A DNA stretch of 64,000 nucleotides from Polyangiales bacterium (lineage in GTDB: Bacteria; Myxococcota_A; Polyangia; Polyangiales; Houyiibacteriaceae). The DNA lies in assembly GCA_045106895.1 (NCBI GenBank), contig JBGCFM010000104.1:20757-84756 (forward strand), read 5' to 3'. The first letter of the stretch is position 1. Each line of letters opens with the position of its first letter. The notes below the pieces were generated by a model. The model saw only the letters and a program-made list of their open reading frames with translations, did not search any database and was not told where the DNA came from. This document shows, piece after piece, positions 50,939 to 59,290 of this stretch. The position numbers and the translations under genes are program-made.

Positions 50939-53380
50939 ATGCGGTCCAACAACGAAGCTCTGATGCGTGCTATTTATGAAAACCCCGAGAAACAGCGGGC
51001 GTGGTCCGACTATGGCAAGGCTCTCGTTTCGGCAGGCGGAGTAGCTGGAGTACGCGGGAAGACGCTGCTCAATTGGCTCTCGCACTACCATGTGAACGAG
51101 GATTTCGAGGACTTTGCGATCAGCGCCAGCGCAACGCAGAACGTTCGGGGCAATGGGGAGTATTTCCCGGCCTACTACCACGACAACGCACCGCTTCCGT
51201 TTCATCTATTCGGCATCGATTCGGCCCCCGAGTTCCTGACTTCGATTTTCATCCATACCTCAGAAGGACAACACAAGGACGGTGCAGGGGCCCTCGTCTA
51301 TGTGGCGGACGGTTCGTGTGATCACGAACATACATGGCCAACTCTGCGCTACATTCTCTGCCACGACGGTGCCTACGACCTTGAGGACTTGCCAGAGTCA
51401 CCAAGTGACATTGCGACCGTTCTGCGCCATGCACCGCGGCTTCGGTCCATGGCGCTAGAGGGCTCGTGGCTCGCGCTCTCCTCGTTGGACCACAAGACGC
51501 TCCGCGAGGTGAGCATCCAGGCGGCGGCACCCATCGAAGGTATGCGGCGTGTGCTCCTCGCGGACGCCCCGCAGCTCGAGAGGCTGATTCTGGGGCCAGC
51601 GGCAGTGGACCCGAAAGCCGTCGATGGTTGTGGGATGCCGGCGCTCGCGCATCTTTCGTTGCGGGGCCTGGAGCAGGCCGACTTGGTCGTGGAGGCCCTC
51701 TCAGCGTCTTCGTACAGTCAACAACTTCGCATCCTCGAGCTTGAAGAAAGTGACCTCAGCGATGAGGGACTTCTCGCGCTTGCTCGCCATGCGGGCGACT
51801 GGGCACACCTCCTGCTCGTCCGCGTACACGCCTGCGTAAAGCTGAGCGCCGACGGCATTGAACGGGCGCGGCACATGCTCGCCGAGCATCGGCCGAGCGC
51901 CTTCATCGACGTCGGTCAGGCGGCCCGAGGTCGGGCAGAACGTCAGCTGCCGTTCTCACTGCGTCCTGCTGGAACACCTCACTCGCTAGAGCGAATGGCG
52001 CCGTGGGCATGGCCTGATCCGCCGGTTCCCCCCACGGGCCAACACACCCGAGACATGGACCACTGGGAACGGCAGCTCTGTTCTGCGAACCCAAAGTATG
52101 TGGATGCTATTCTCGCTCAAGATCCGCTTTCGGGTTCCGTGCAGCGGCTCTTTCAATGGATCGTCCAGCGACCCGTTGGACTGGATCTTCTTCGCTACGC
52201 TACGACACGGCCCGCGACGCCGCTCAGCGTGAACGCTCTATGGACTCCCTTTTTCCCCGCGGATCCTTCTCGCGCAAACGTGCTGCTCGAGCTCCACCCA
52301 AGTTTTGAAGAGCAGTATCCCGCCGAGCTTGTGGGCGCCTTCGCGCGACTCTTTGACCCGCAGTGGCCGGTGCCTTCGTTCCCCGACGCACTGCGCGAAA
52401 AGTGTCGCACGTGGCTGGCCCGGGTTCGGGACGATGTGAGTGAGTACTTGGTTCTTGATACGGTCTATCTCCTCGACGGTTTGGACGCAGCAGAAGCGTT
52501 CGCGGCGTCCCATCCATCGACGGAAGATCGGATGAATCAGATTCGAAGTGGGTTGGCCGCCGTCAACGGGCAGGCGATCTCGCAGGCCAGCGACGAGGAG
52601 GAAGAGCAGGGAGCCGAGCTAGAGGCTATGCTGCTCCGCTTGCCGCTGCAGGACGTCGACAAGCGAGCACTTAGGGAGCTGCACTTACGCGCGCCACGTC
52701 GTGCACGGCGCGTCACGTCGACCATTGCGTCACAGCCAAATCACCCGCTCCGCTCGGAGGCTCATCGGCATCTTCGCTATGCGGACTTCGACGTATTGGC
52801 GGAAGCTCTAGGACGGGCCGACGTCCACCTAGTCGCGCCAGCGTTACTTGAAGGGAGCGCCTGGGCAAACTTGCCGAGCTTGCTGTGCGAAGCGGGTGTC
52901 GCGGCTCACGATATGATGATGCACAAGAGGGAGTTTGGTGACGAGCGCCCCAAACACCCCGTCTATCTGAACCTTCTACGAAGTATCTGCCCAACACTTC
53001 GGGCCTTTGATTTCGATGAGGGCTTTGACAACGACTCTGCGTTTCGCGGGACGCTACCGCTTGTCCCGTGGCGCCGGGAGGGGGCGGCTTCCAATGCTCT
53101 GGACGCCGAATGCGGGCCCATGGTCCTGCTCGCTAGTGACGGAGAGCGCGGGTTTCATTCGTGGCTCACGACGAACGAGGGCGACACGGACTTTCCGATG
53201 GCTTTTGCTTTGGCGATCATCGAGGAGATGGGCGGCAAGGAGCGTTTCTATCAGACCGACGACGACATGATCATTTGCCTGACGCCAGAACAGCGCCAGA
53301 TCTTGATCGACGCCGACATCTTCTCACCGCTGAGCGGCGACATCGGCCGACCATGGAGCCTGAAGAGCCGAACCGCATAG
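50939..53380 (+). CDS. TIGR02996-like N-terminus + LRR + unknown C-terminal region protein
   Basis: EALMRAIYENPE...WSDYGKALVSAG...RG; LRR units LERLILG, LAHLSLRG, LRILELEESDLSDEGLLALA. Confidence 0.7.
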   Translation: MRSNNEALMRAIYENPEKQRAWSDYGKALVSAGGVAGVRGKTLLNWLSHYHVNEDFEDFAISASATQNVRGNGEYFPAYYHDNAPLPFHLFGIDSAPEFLTSIFIHTSEGQHKDGAGALVYVADGSCDHEHTWPTLRYILCHDGAYDLEDLPESPSDIATVLRHAPRLRSMALEGSWLALSSLDHKTLREVSIQAAAPIEGMRRVLLADAPQLERLILGPAAVDPKAVDGCGMPALAHLSLRGLEQADLVVEALSASSYSQQLRILELEESDLSDEGLLALARHAGDWAHLLLVRVHACVKLSADGIERARHMLAEHRPSAFIDVGQAARGRAERQLPFSLRPAGTPHSLERMAPWAWPDPPVPPTGQHTRDMDHWERQLCSANPKYVDAILAQDPLSGSVQRLFQWIVQRPVGLDLLRYATTRPATPLSVNALWTPFFPADPSRANVLLELHPSFEEQYPAELVGAFARLFDPQWPVPSFPDALREKCRTWLARVRDDVSEYLVLDTVYLLDGLDAAEAFAASHPSTEDRMNQIRSGLAAVNGQAISQASDEEEEQGAELEAMLLRLPLQDVDKRALRELHLRAPRRARRVTSTIASQPNHPLRSEAHRHLRYADFDVLAEALGRADVHLVAPALLEGSAWANLPSLLCEAGVAAHDMMMHKREFGDERPKHPVYLNLLRSICPTLRAFDFDEGFDNDSAFRGTLPLVPWRREGAASNALDAECGPMVLLASDGERGFHSWLTTNEGDTDFPMAFALAIIEEMGGKERFYQTDDDMIICLTPEQRQILIDADIFSPLSGDIGRPWSLKSRTA

Positions 53381-53443
53381 GGACGGTATTTTATCGGGCA
53401 CATCGTTGCCTTTGCGACGACTAGTGATCAACGCGAAACAAAC

Positions 53444-53520
53444 TGGCACCCCAAGGTGGACTCGAACCACCGACCACCGGCTTAGAAGGCCGGTGCTCTA
53501 TCCAGCTGAGCTATTGGGGC
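53444..53520 (-). tRNA. tRNA-Arg (TCT)
   Basis: GCCCCAATAGCTCAGCTGGATAGAGCACCGGCCTTCTAAGCCGGTGGTCGGTGGTTCGAGTCCACCTTGGGGTGCCA; 77 nt. Confidence 0.96.
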
Positions 53521-53623
53521 GTGGGCGAATCATGCCCAGTGGCGCCGCAAGCGCAAGTGCGAAATGTGCCTTTCCGACAGCGCCCTTGGCCGTAGAGTGT
53601 CGACACCACCCGGAGAGCGCCTC

Positions 53624-54661
53624 ATGAACACCCTCGACTCAGTAAAGAACTACTACGGCCGCGTCTTGCAAACGAAGGCGGACCTCAAAACCACAGCGTG
53701 CTGCACGGCGGAATCCTTCCCGCACTATATGCGCCCCCTCGCATCGAAAGTGGCCGATGAGGTGCAGGAGAAGTTCTACGGATGCGGCGCGCCCTTCCCT
53801 TACGCGCTACGTGGCGCGACGGTCTTGGACCTCGGCTGCGGCACGGGGCGCGATGTGTTCTTGCTCGCCCAGCTCGTCGGCGAAGAGGGACGCGTCATCG
53901 GCGTGGACATGACCGACGAACAGCTCGAAGTAGGCCGACGTCACGTCGATGAGCACATGAAACGTTTTGGCTACGCCAAGTCGAACGTCGAGTTGAAGCA
54001 AGGCTACATCGAGGACCTCAAGTCCTTGGGCATTGAAGATGAGAGCGTTGACGTCGTCGTCAGCAACTGCGTGTGCAACCTAAGCCCGGAGAAGGAGCGC
54101 GTGTTTCGCGAGGCCTTCCGCGTGCTCAAGCCCGGCGGGGAGCTCTACTTCAGTGATGTCTATGTGGACCGGCGCCTCCCCGAAGCATGCCAGAAAGACG
54201 AGGTCCTGCTCGGCGAGTGCCTCGGCGGCGCCATGTATACGGAGGACTTCCGACGCCTCATGGCGAAGGTGGGCTGCGAGGACGTACGCCAAGTGCGCAG
54301 CGCGCCCATCGACATCGTCGACCCGGAGATTCAGCGCAAAGTAGGCAACGCCAGGTTCGTGTCCATCACCTTCCGCGCGTTCAAGACGCCCCTCGAAGAC
54401 CGCTGCGAGGACTTCGGCCAGGTCGCGACTTACCTCGGCACGATTCCCCACGCGCCGAACGCTTGGGCCCTCGACGACCACCACCTCTTCGAACGTGGAC
54501 GGCCCATGCTCGTATGCGCCAACTCCGCGGCCATGTTGCAGGAGACGCGCTTCAAGGAGCACTTCCGCATCGACGGGAACAAAGACACGCACTTTGGTCT
54601 CTTCGACTGCGGACCCGTTCCCACCGGCACGAGCGAAGACTCCGGCGGCGCCTGCTGCTAG
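53624..54661 (+). CDS. arsM: Arsenite S-adenosylmethionine methyltransferase (AS3MT-like long form)
   Basis: VKNYYG...TTACC, FYGCG, LDLGCGTGRD, SNCVCNL, GECLGGA, LEDRCEDFGQ, C-terminal CC. Confidence 0.85.
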   Translation: MNTLDSVKNYYGRVLQTKADLKTTACCTAESFPHYMRPLASKVADEVQEKFYGCGAPFPYALRGATVLDLGCGTGRDVFLLAQLVGEEGRVIGVDMTDEQLEVGRRHVDEHMKRFGYAKSNVELKQGYIEDLKSLGIEDESVDVVVSNCVCNLSPEKERVFREAFRVLKPGGELYFSDVYVDRRLPEACQKDEVLLGECLGGAMYTEDFRRLMAKVGCEDVRQVRSAPIDIVDPEIQRKVGNARFVSITFRAFKTPLEDRCEDFGQVATYLGTIPHAPNAWALDDHHLFERGRPMLVCANSAAMLQETRFKEHFRIDGNKDTHFGLFDCGPVPTGTSEDSGGACC

Positions 54662-54704
54662 CCGCACGCTCGCCGAATCCACCGCACGCCCCTGGCGCTT
54701 TCAT

Positions 54705-55376
54705 ATGCAAACTCTCGTGCTCCCAGGAATGGACGGCGGCGCGGAACTCTCGGCTGAGTTCCGCGCGCTCCTCTGCGAGCGCGGTCTGCCCGCGGAAGGC
54801 GTGAGCTACCCGAGTGACGAGGTGTTGGACTACGCTGCGCTCGAAGAGCGAGTCCGGGCACGGCTAGCGGAAGAGCGGGGACCCACGACGCTCGTCGCCG
54901 AGTCTTTTTCGGGTCCCGTCGCTATCTCCATCGCGGCATCTCCGCCGCCAAACCTACAACGAGTGGTCCTCGTCGCCACCTTTGATCGAGCGCCGGCGCC
55001 GTCCCTTCTTGCACCTTTCGTTCGGACCGCGATGTTTCGTCGCCCTCCTCCGGCCGCCTTCGTTCGCTGGAAAATGCTCGCCAAGGACGCAACGAAATCC
55101 GATATCGAACGAGTCCAAGCAGCTATCCGTGACGTCGATGCGGAGGTCCTGGCAGCACGCTTACGAGCGGTCCTGCGCGTGAACGTTCAAGCATTGGCCA
55201 GGGCGATTCAGCTCCCCGTACTCAGCCTGCGTGCCTCACAAGACCGTCTCATTGCCCGTGCTCTGCGACTCGCAAACCAGAGCTGGCACGAAGAGCTCAT
55301 CGAGGGCCCACATCTGCTCCTCAACCAGCGCCCAACAAGATGCGCCGATGCCATTGCGTGCTTCCTGAGACCATGA
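54705..55376 (+). CDS. Alpha/beta fold hydrolase
   Basis: LPGMDG, AESFSG nucleophile elbow, QDRLI, GPHLLL. Confidence 0.8.
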   Translation: MQTLVLPGMDGGAELSAEFRALLCERGLPAEGVSYPSDEVLDYAALEERVRARLAEERGPTTLVAESFSGPVAISIAASPPPNLQRVVLVATFDRAPAPSLLAPFVRTAMFRRPPPAAFVRWKMLAKDATKSDIERVQAAIRDVDAEVLAARLRAVLRVNVQALARAIQLPVLSLRASQDRLIARALRLANQSWHEELIEGPHLLLNQRPTRCADAIACFLRP

Positions 55377-55394
55377 GCCTCGGCAAGGGCGCGT

Positions 55395-56294
55395 GTGGAC
55401 GTGAAGGCGCACATTCGGCACTCTTTCCCCGTGCGCTTCCTCCTCTGCGTCCTGGCGTTCGCCGGACTCGCCTCCACCGCCGAAGCGACATTTTCCGTCG
55501 TCGCCAGTGACAGCGAACGCCGTGAGGTCGGAGGCGCCGGAGCGAGCTGCGTCGGCGACTCCGTCAGCGTCTATCGCATCTACGGCTCCGTCCCCGGGCG
55601 CGGTGCGATTCACGTCCAGGCCTTGCTCGGCACGGAGAGCCGGATGGCAGAGGCTCTACGACGTCTCGCGATCGAAGATGAGCCTACGGGCATCTTGGGC
55701 GCGCTCACGGACCTTAGCTTCGACCCGCTCCAAGCACGTCGGCAGTACGGCATCGCCGACTTGATGCAGCGAAGCGCTGGATTCACCGGGGAGGAGAACG
55801 GCGGCTTCGCAGGACATCAAGCCGGTATCATCTCGCCTTACGCATACTCTGTGCAGGGCAACCTGCTCACCGGCGCGGAGGTCGTGGACGCGATGTCCGG
55901 CGCGTTCGAAACGGAGAGCTGCGATCTCCCTGACCGCTTGATGGCCGCCCTCGAAGCCGGCGCAGCCCAAGGCGGAGACGAGCGCTGCGCTCTGGACGGC
56001 GCCGACGGCAGCTTCATTCAAGTCGACCGCGAAGGAGAGCCCGCGGGCAGCTACCTCTCGATCCGCGTCGACAACACCGAAGCGCCGGTGGAGGTACTTC
56101 GACGACGCTTCGACGAGTGGCGCCGGGAGCACCCTTGCAGGCCACTTTCCATTCCAGAGCCCACGCCGGTCTCGCCCGCTGCGGGTTCATGCAACACAAG
56201 CGCGTCCCCTAGCTCTACCCGGGACATCGCGTGGCTGGGCCTGCTCCTTTTGTTCTTCCTACGAAGAGGCCCCGCCCCGCGTTCCGTTCAGTAG
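55395..56294 (+). CDS. DUF1028 (Ntn-hydrolase-like) protein with MYXO-CTERM sorting signal
   Basis: AEA|TFSVVA, RQYGIAD, QGNLLTG, LMAALEAG..GGDERC; C-terminal GSC...AWLGLLLLFFLRR. Confidence 0.82.
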   Translation: MDVKAHIRHSFPVRFLLCVLAFAGLASTAEATFSVVASDSERREVGGAGASCVGDSVSVYRIYGSVPGRGAIHVQALLGTESRMAEALRRLAIEDEPTGILGALTDLSFDPLQARRQYGIADLMQRSAGFTGEENGGFAGHQAGIISPYAYSVQGNLLTGAEVVDAMSGAFETESCDLPDRLMAALEAGAAQGGDERCALDGADGSFIQVDREGEPAGSYLSIRVDNTEAPVEVLRRRFDEWRREHPCRPLSIPEPTPVSPAAGSCNTSASPSSTRDIAWLGLLLLFFLRRGPAPRSVQ

Positions 56295-56356
56295 TTGTGC
56301 ACGAGGATGCCGTTCGCAAAGTAGGTGTCCGGCTCGCTTACACGAAGCTCATACAC
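56288..56356 (-). other. Isolated intein/Hint C-terminal fragment (blocks F and G)
   Basis: VYELRVSEPDTYFANGILVHNY followed by a stop, in a frame shifted relative to the upstream lipoprotein ORF. Confidence 0.75.
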
Positions 56357-56828
56357 TCGCGCGCGTCCTTGGCGCTCCGTCTCGTCCGCGAGAAAAGCGG
56401 ACGCTCGGAACCGAACGCCATCCGGCGATGTCGGTGCGCGCGCGAACTTGGCCCTCTTCGTCTTTGAGGCATACGCTCACGCTCGCCCCCGGCGAGATGG
56501 ATAGCGCGCCGTCCACGGGTGTGAGCGGTGAGCCAGCTTCGCACCCAGGCGCGCGAGGCCCGCGAGCGCTCCGCACCTCGATCCGTGCTTCGTGCTCGCT
56601 GGTGACGCGCAGCGTGCGCACGTTCGTCGGCCGGTGAAGCGAGTAGTCGAGAACCGGCGCGGGCCAGGGTTCCGGCGCTTCGAGCGTCGGAGATGATTCG
56701 GGCTCGTCTGCTTCCGCCTCGGAGGTTTCTAGCGCCGCTAGGTCCGGGTCCGGGGCTCTGTGTTCGGACGTCCCGCAGGCACCGAAGAGAAGCGCGCAGA
56801 TGCAGCAAGAAGAAACGTGCTTTCCCAC
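56349..56828 (-). pseudogene. Lipoprotein ORF, probably the truncated N-terminal part of a lipoprotein-Hint fusion
   Basis: ALLFGAC lipobox; its stop overlaps the out-of-frame Hint C-terminal motif. Confidence 0.5.
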
Positions 56829-56893
56829 TCCCCTGGTACGTCCATGCCCCTCACATCTCCCCTTTCGCCCCTAACGATGGAGCCGCGCGACGC

Positions 56894-58138
56894 CTATTGG
56901 CACATGAAAGGCGCCGGGAAAGCTCCCAGCACGCGGGGCTCCCCCAAGCGCCCGCGACGCTCGGCGATATGGCCGCGCAGCTCCTCGATACTCGAGAGCA
57001 CGCTCGAGCGCCTGGCTCCGAGCGCTGGCTCAATGAGCGCCTGCATGCGCGAGACCTCAGCGTCCAAGACGTCTTCGTCCCAGGCGGTCTCCAAGAGCGA
57101 GTCGAGCCGCTCGTAGTACCGGTCTCTCACCTCGGGTAGTTGGTAGAGGCGATACGCCAAAGCCGACTCGGCGTAGACGCTACCGCCGCGCCCGGTAAAG
57201 ACGATGTCCACTCCCCAGGGGATAAAGCGAAACAAGTCCGTCGCGGGGTCTCGGTACACATAGAAATTGTTTCGGAACGCGTTGTATCCATCGCGGTGCT
57301 CGAGAAGCGACTCGACGGCCCAGAAGGTGAGAAACTCATCGACATCGATGAGAGGTGCGAGGGCATCGAGGAGGGCTTCGTCTTCTGCCATCAGCGCGGC
57401 GCTCAGCTCCGCAAGCTCGCTTCGTCCCAGCTCTTCTCCATTGTTCTTCGGCTCAAAGGTCGCCAGCATCTCCGGGCGAAAGTCGCTGATGGTTCCTTCG
57501 TAGAGGTTGCCTTCATCGCTGCCGAATGCCCGCTCGGTGAAGGCGTTGTTGATGGGCTCTACGTTCACATAGACGCCGAGGTCTTCGCCGTTGACGGCGA
57601 CGCGCGCGAACGAACAACGCGGCGCCGCTAGGCCAGCACGCTCGAAAACCAAGTACCCCAAACACTGACGTAGAAGCGCGGCGTCCTCCCGTGAGTTGTT
57701 CAACGTAAGACGCCGCATTCCACCATAGGTTTGATCGTCGACGAACTCACCGAGGTCGATCTTCAACGAGGGGCGCGTCGATGAGAGTGAACCGAGGAAC
57801 CCTTTTTTACGAACCTCGACACGTGGGTAACGGGTGCCGTCAATGGTCACGGACGCTTCAAACCAGGAAAAGGGCGAGCCAAAAGGTGCCGCGAGGCAGT
57901 CCCCGCCAAGGGTCTCCATGAAGTCCCGCGTCTGCTCGCGCAGCGCGTCCCAAGAAGCGGGGGGCAAGGTAATCTCGATGAACAGGAGATGGTCCGGATC
58001 GTACACATCAACATCGTCCGTCGACGCATCGAAGCCAGCGTCCGTCGCCGCATCGCGTGCCAGGCCGCCGTCCGCGACGCCAGATTCGCCGCCGCAGGCG
58101 ACAAGACTCACCAAGAACAAGAGTGTCGCAGTCTTCAC
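56894..58138 (-). CDS. CotH kinase family lipoprotein
   Basis: LVAC lipobox; VRKKGFLGS, PSLKID, LTLNN, GVYVNVE, DGY...NNFY, IPWGVD. Confidence 0.88.
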   Translation of the reverse strand: MKTATLLFLVSLVACGGESGVADGGLARDAATDAGFDASTDDVDVYDPDHLLFIEITLPPASWDALREQTRDFMETLGGDCLAAPFGSPFSWFEASVTIDGTRYPRVEVRKKGFLGSLSSTRPSLKIDLGEFVDDQTYGGMRRLTLNNSREDAALLRQCLGYLVFERAGLAAPRCSFARVAVNGEDLGVYVNVEPINNAFTERAFGSDEGNLYEGTISDFRPEMLATFEPKNNGEELGRSELAELSAALMAEDEALLDALAPLIDVDEFLTFWAVESLLEHRDGYNAFRNNFYVYRDPATDLFRFIPWGVDIVFTGRGGSVYAESALAYRLYQLPEVRDRYYERLDSLLETAWDEDVLDAEVSRMQALIEPALGARRSSVLSSIEELRGHIAERRGRLGEPRVLGAFPAPFMCQ

Positions 58139-58165
58139 GTCGGCAAGCCTAGCAGCACTCGAGTA

Positions 58166-59290
58166 CTAGACGCTCAGGTGGAAGCCCGCGTCGCCAAAGA
58201 CCTTGCCGTTGATCTGAACATCGACGGCATGACGCCCGGAGAAGATTGGCCGAATAGTGGCTGCCTTGATGACGCGCTTCTTCTTGAGGTGGATGGTCTC
58301 ACCGGGGGCAAGCTCAAGCTCCTTCCACTTGAACACCTTCGGCTTCGGGTCTTTCGACTTGTTCATGTAATGAATTCGGAAGTCCACGAGGAGCGCCACG
58401 TTCTTCTTCCCACGATTCGTCAGAGCCAAGCTCAACTCAACGCTCTCACCTGCGCGAATCTTCTTTGGCGACACCGAAACGTCCACGTCGAGACTCCGCG
58501 GCGCAGCAAACCCGTACACTTCCAGCGCGCCGGGGTGACCCGCTTTGACGAGCGTTCGCAAGGAATGGCGGACGACCCACTGCCTCTCCGGCGAAGCCCC
58601 CTTCTTCCATCGCTTCGCGGTCTTGACGGCGAGTTCTGGGTGGTCCTTGGAGATATCCCCAAGCGTGTTGGCAACAGAGCGACGAACGTAGAGCGAGGGG
58701 TCGTCTTTGAGAGCCTCTAGCACCGGCAAAATGGGCGACGGATCCGCGCAGAGGTGGGCAAGCTTCTCGCCCCAGGGCAAGCGCGGCCGCAACCCCTCCG
58801 AGCACCAGCGCCGTACGTGCTCGCTCGGGTGGTCTGTCAGGCTCATAAAACACTCCACGACCCGCACGGGCTCCGCGCTCACGAAGGGCCGGACGGCAAA
58901 CTCCGAAGTAAAACGCTGCGTGAGAGCTTCCATCGCGACCATCGCTTCGTCGAAGTGCTCCGTCGCGTAGCGGCGGACGTATTCGCCGTAGGGCCAAAGC
59001 ACGAACCCCGAAGAGAGCGCGCCTTCTTCACGGGGGACCGCCTCGAAAGGAAACGGCTCAGGCAGGCTCGCCACCAGAACGCCTAGCGCTTCGGGAATCG
59101 CCTGCGGCAACGTGTCGCGAAGTGTATCCGCGAAGAGCCCAACGCGACCCATCATCTCCAGTTCGTCGAGGCCCTTGGAAGCACGGCGCACAAAAGTACG
59201 CTTTTTGAAGTCTGGATGAACGGCGTGGATGCGCTCGGCGATTTCACGAGCGGCCGCTGGATTGAAGTAGTCTTTGAATGGCTGCGACAT
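58166..59290 (-). CDS. DNA alkylation repair protein (AlkC/HEAT-repeat glycosylase-like)
   Basis: TQRFTSEFAVRPF, HVRRWCSEGLRPRLPW, DPSLYVRRSVAN, KVFKWK, G.H.V..QING. Confidence 0.88.
   Translation of the reverse strand: MSQPFKDYFNPAAAREIAERIHAVHPDFKKRTFVRRASKGLDELEMMGRVGLFADTLRDTLPQAIPEALGVLVASLPEPFPFEAVPREEGALSSGFVLWPYGEYVRRYATEHFDEAMVAMEALTQRFTSEFAVRPFVSAEPVRVVECFMSLTDHPSEHVRRWCSEGLRPRLPWGEKLAHLCADPSPILPVLEALKDDPSLYVRRSVANTLGDISKDHPELAVKTAKRWKKGASPERQWVVRHSLRTLVKAGHPGALEVYGFAAPRSLDVDVSVSPKKIRAGESVELSLALTNRGKKNVALLVDFRIHYMNKSKDPKPKVFKWKELELAPGETIHLKKKRVIKAATIRPIFSGRHAVDVQINGKVFGDAGFHLSV

Larger units (their letters stand above)
50582..53490. mobile_element. tRNA-Arg-anchored mini genomic island (no integrase)
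   Basis: Bounded by 47-bp direct repeats; ~2.8-kb interior with a single large CDS. Confidence 0.8.

Noticed and set aside
50669..50963. Small ORFs inside the island end as an excisionase or integrase remnant
   Set aside because: No HTH or tyrosine-recombinase catalytic motifs recognisable.
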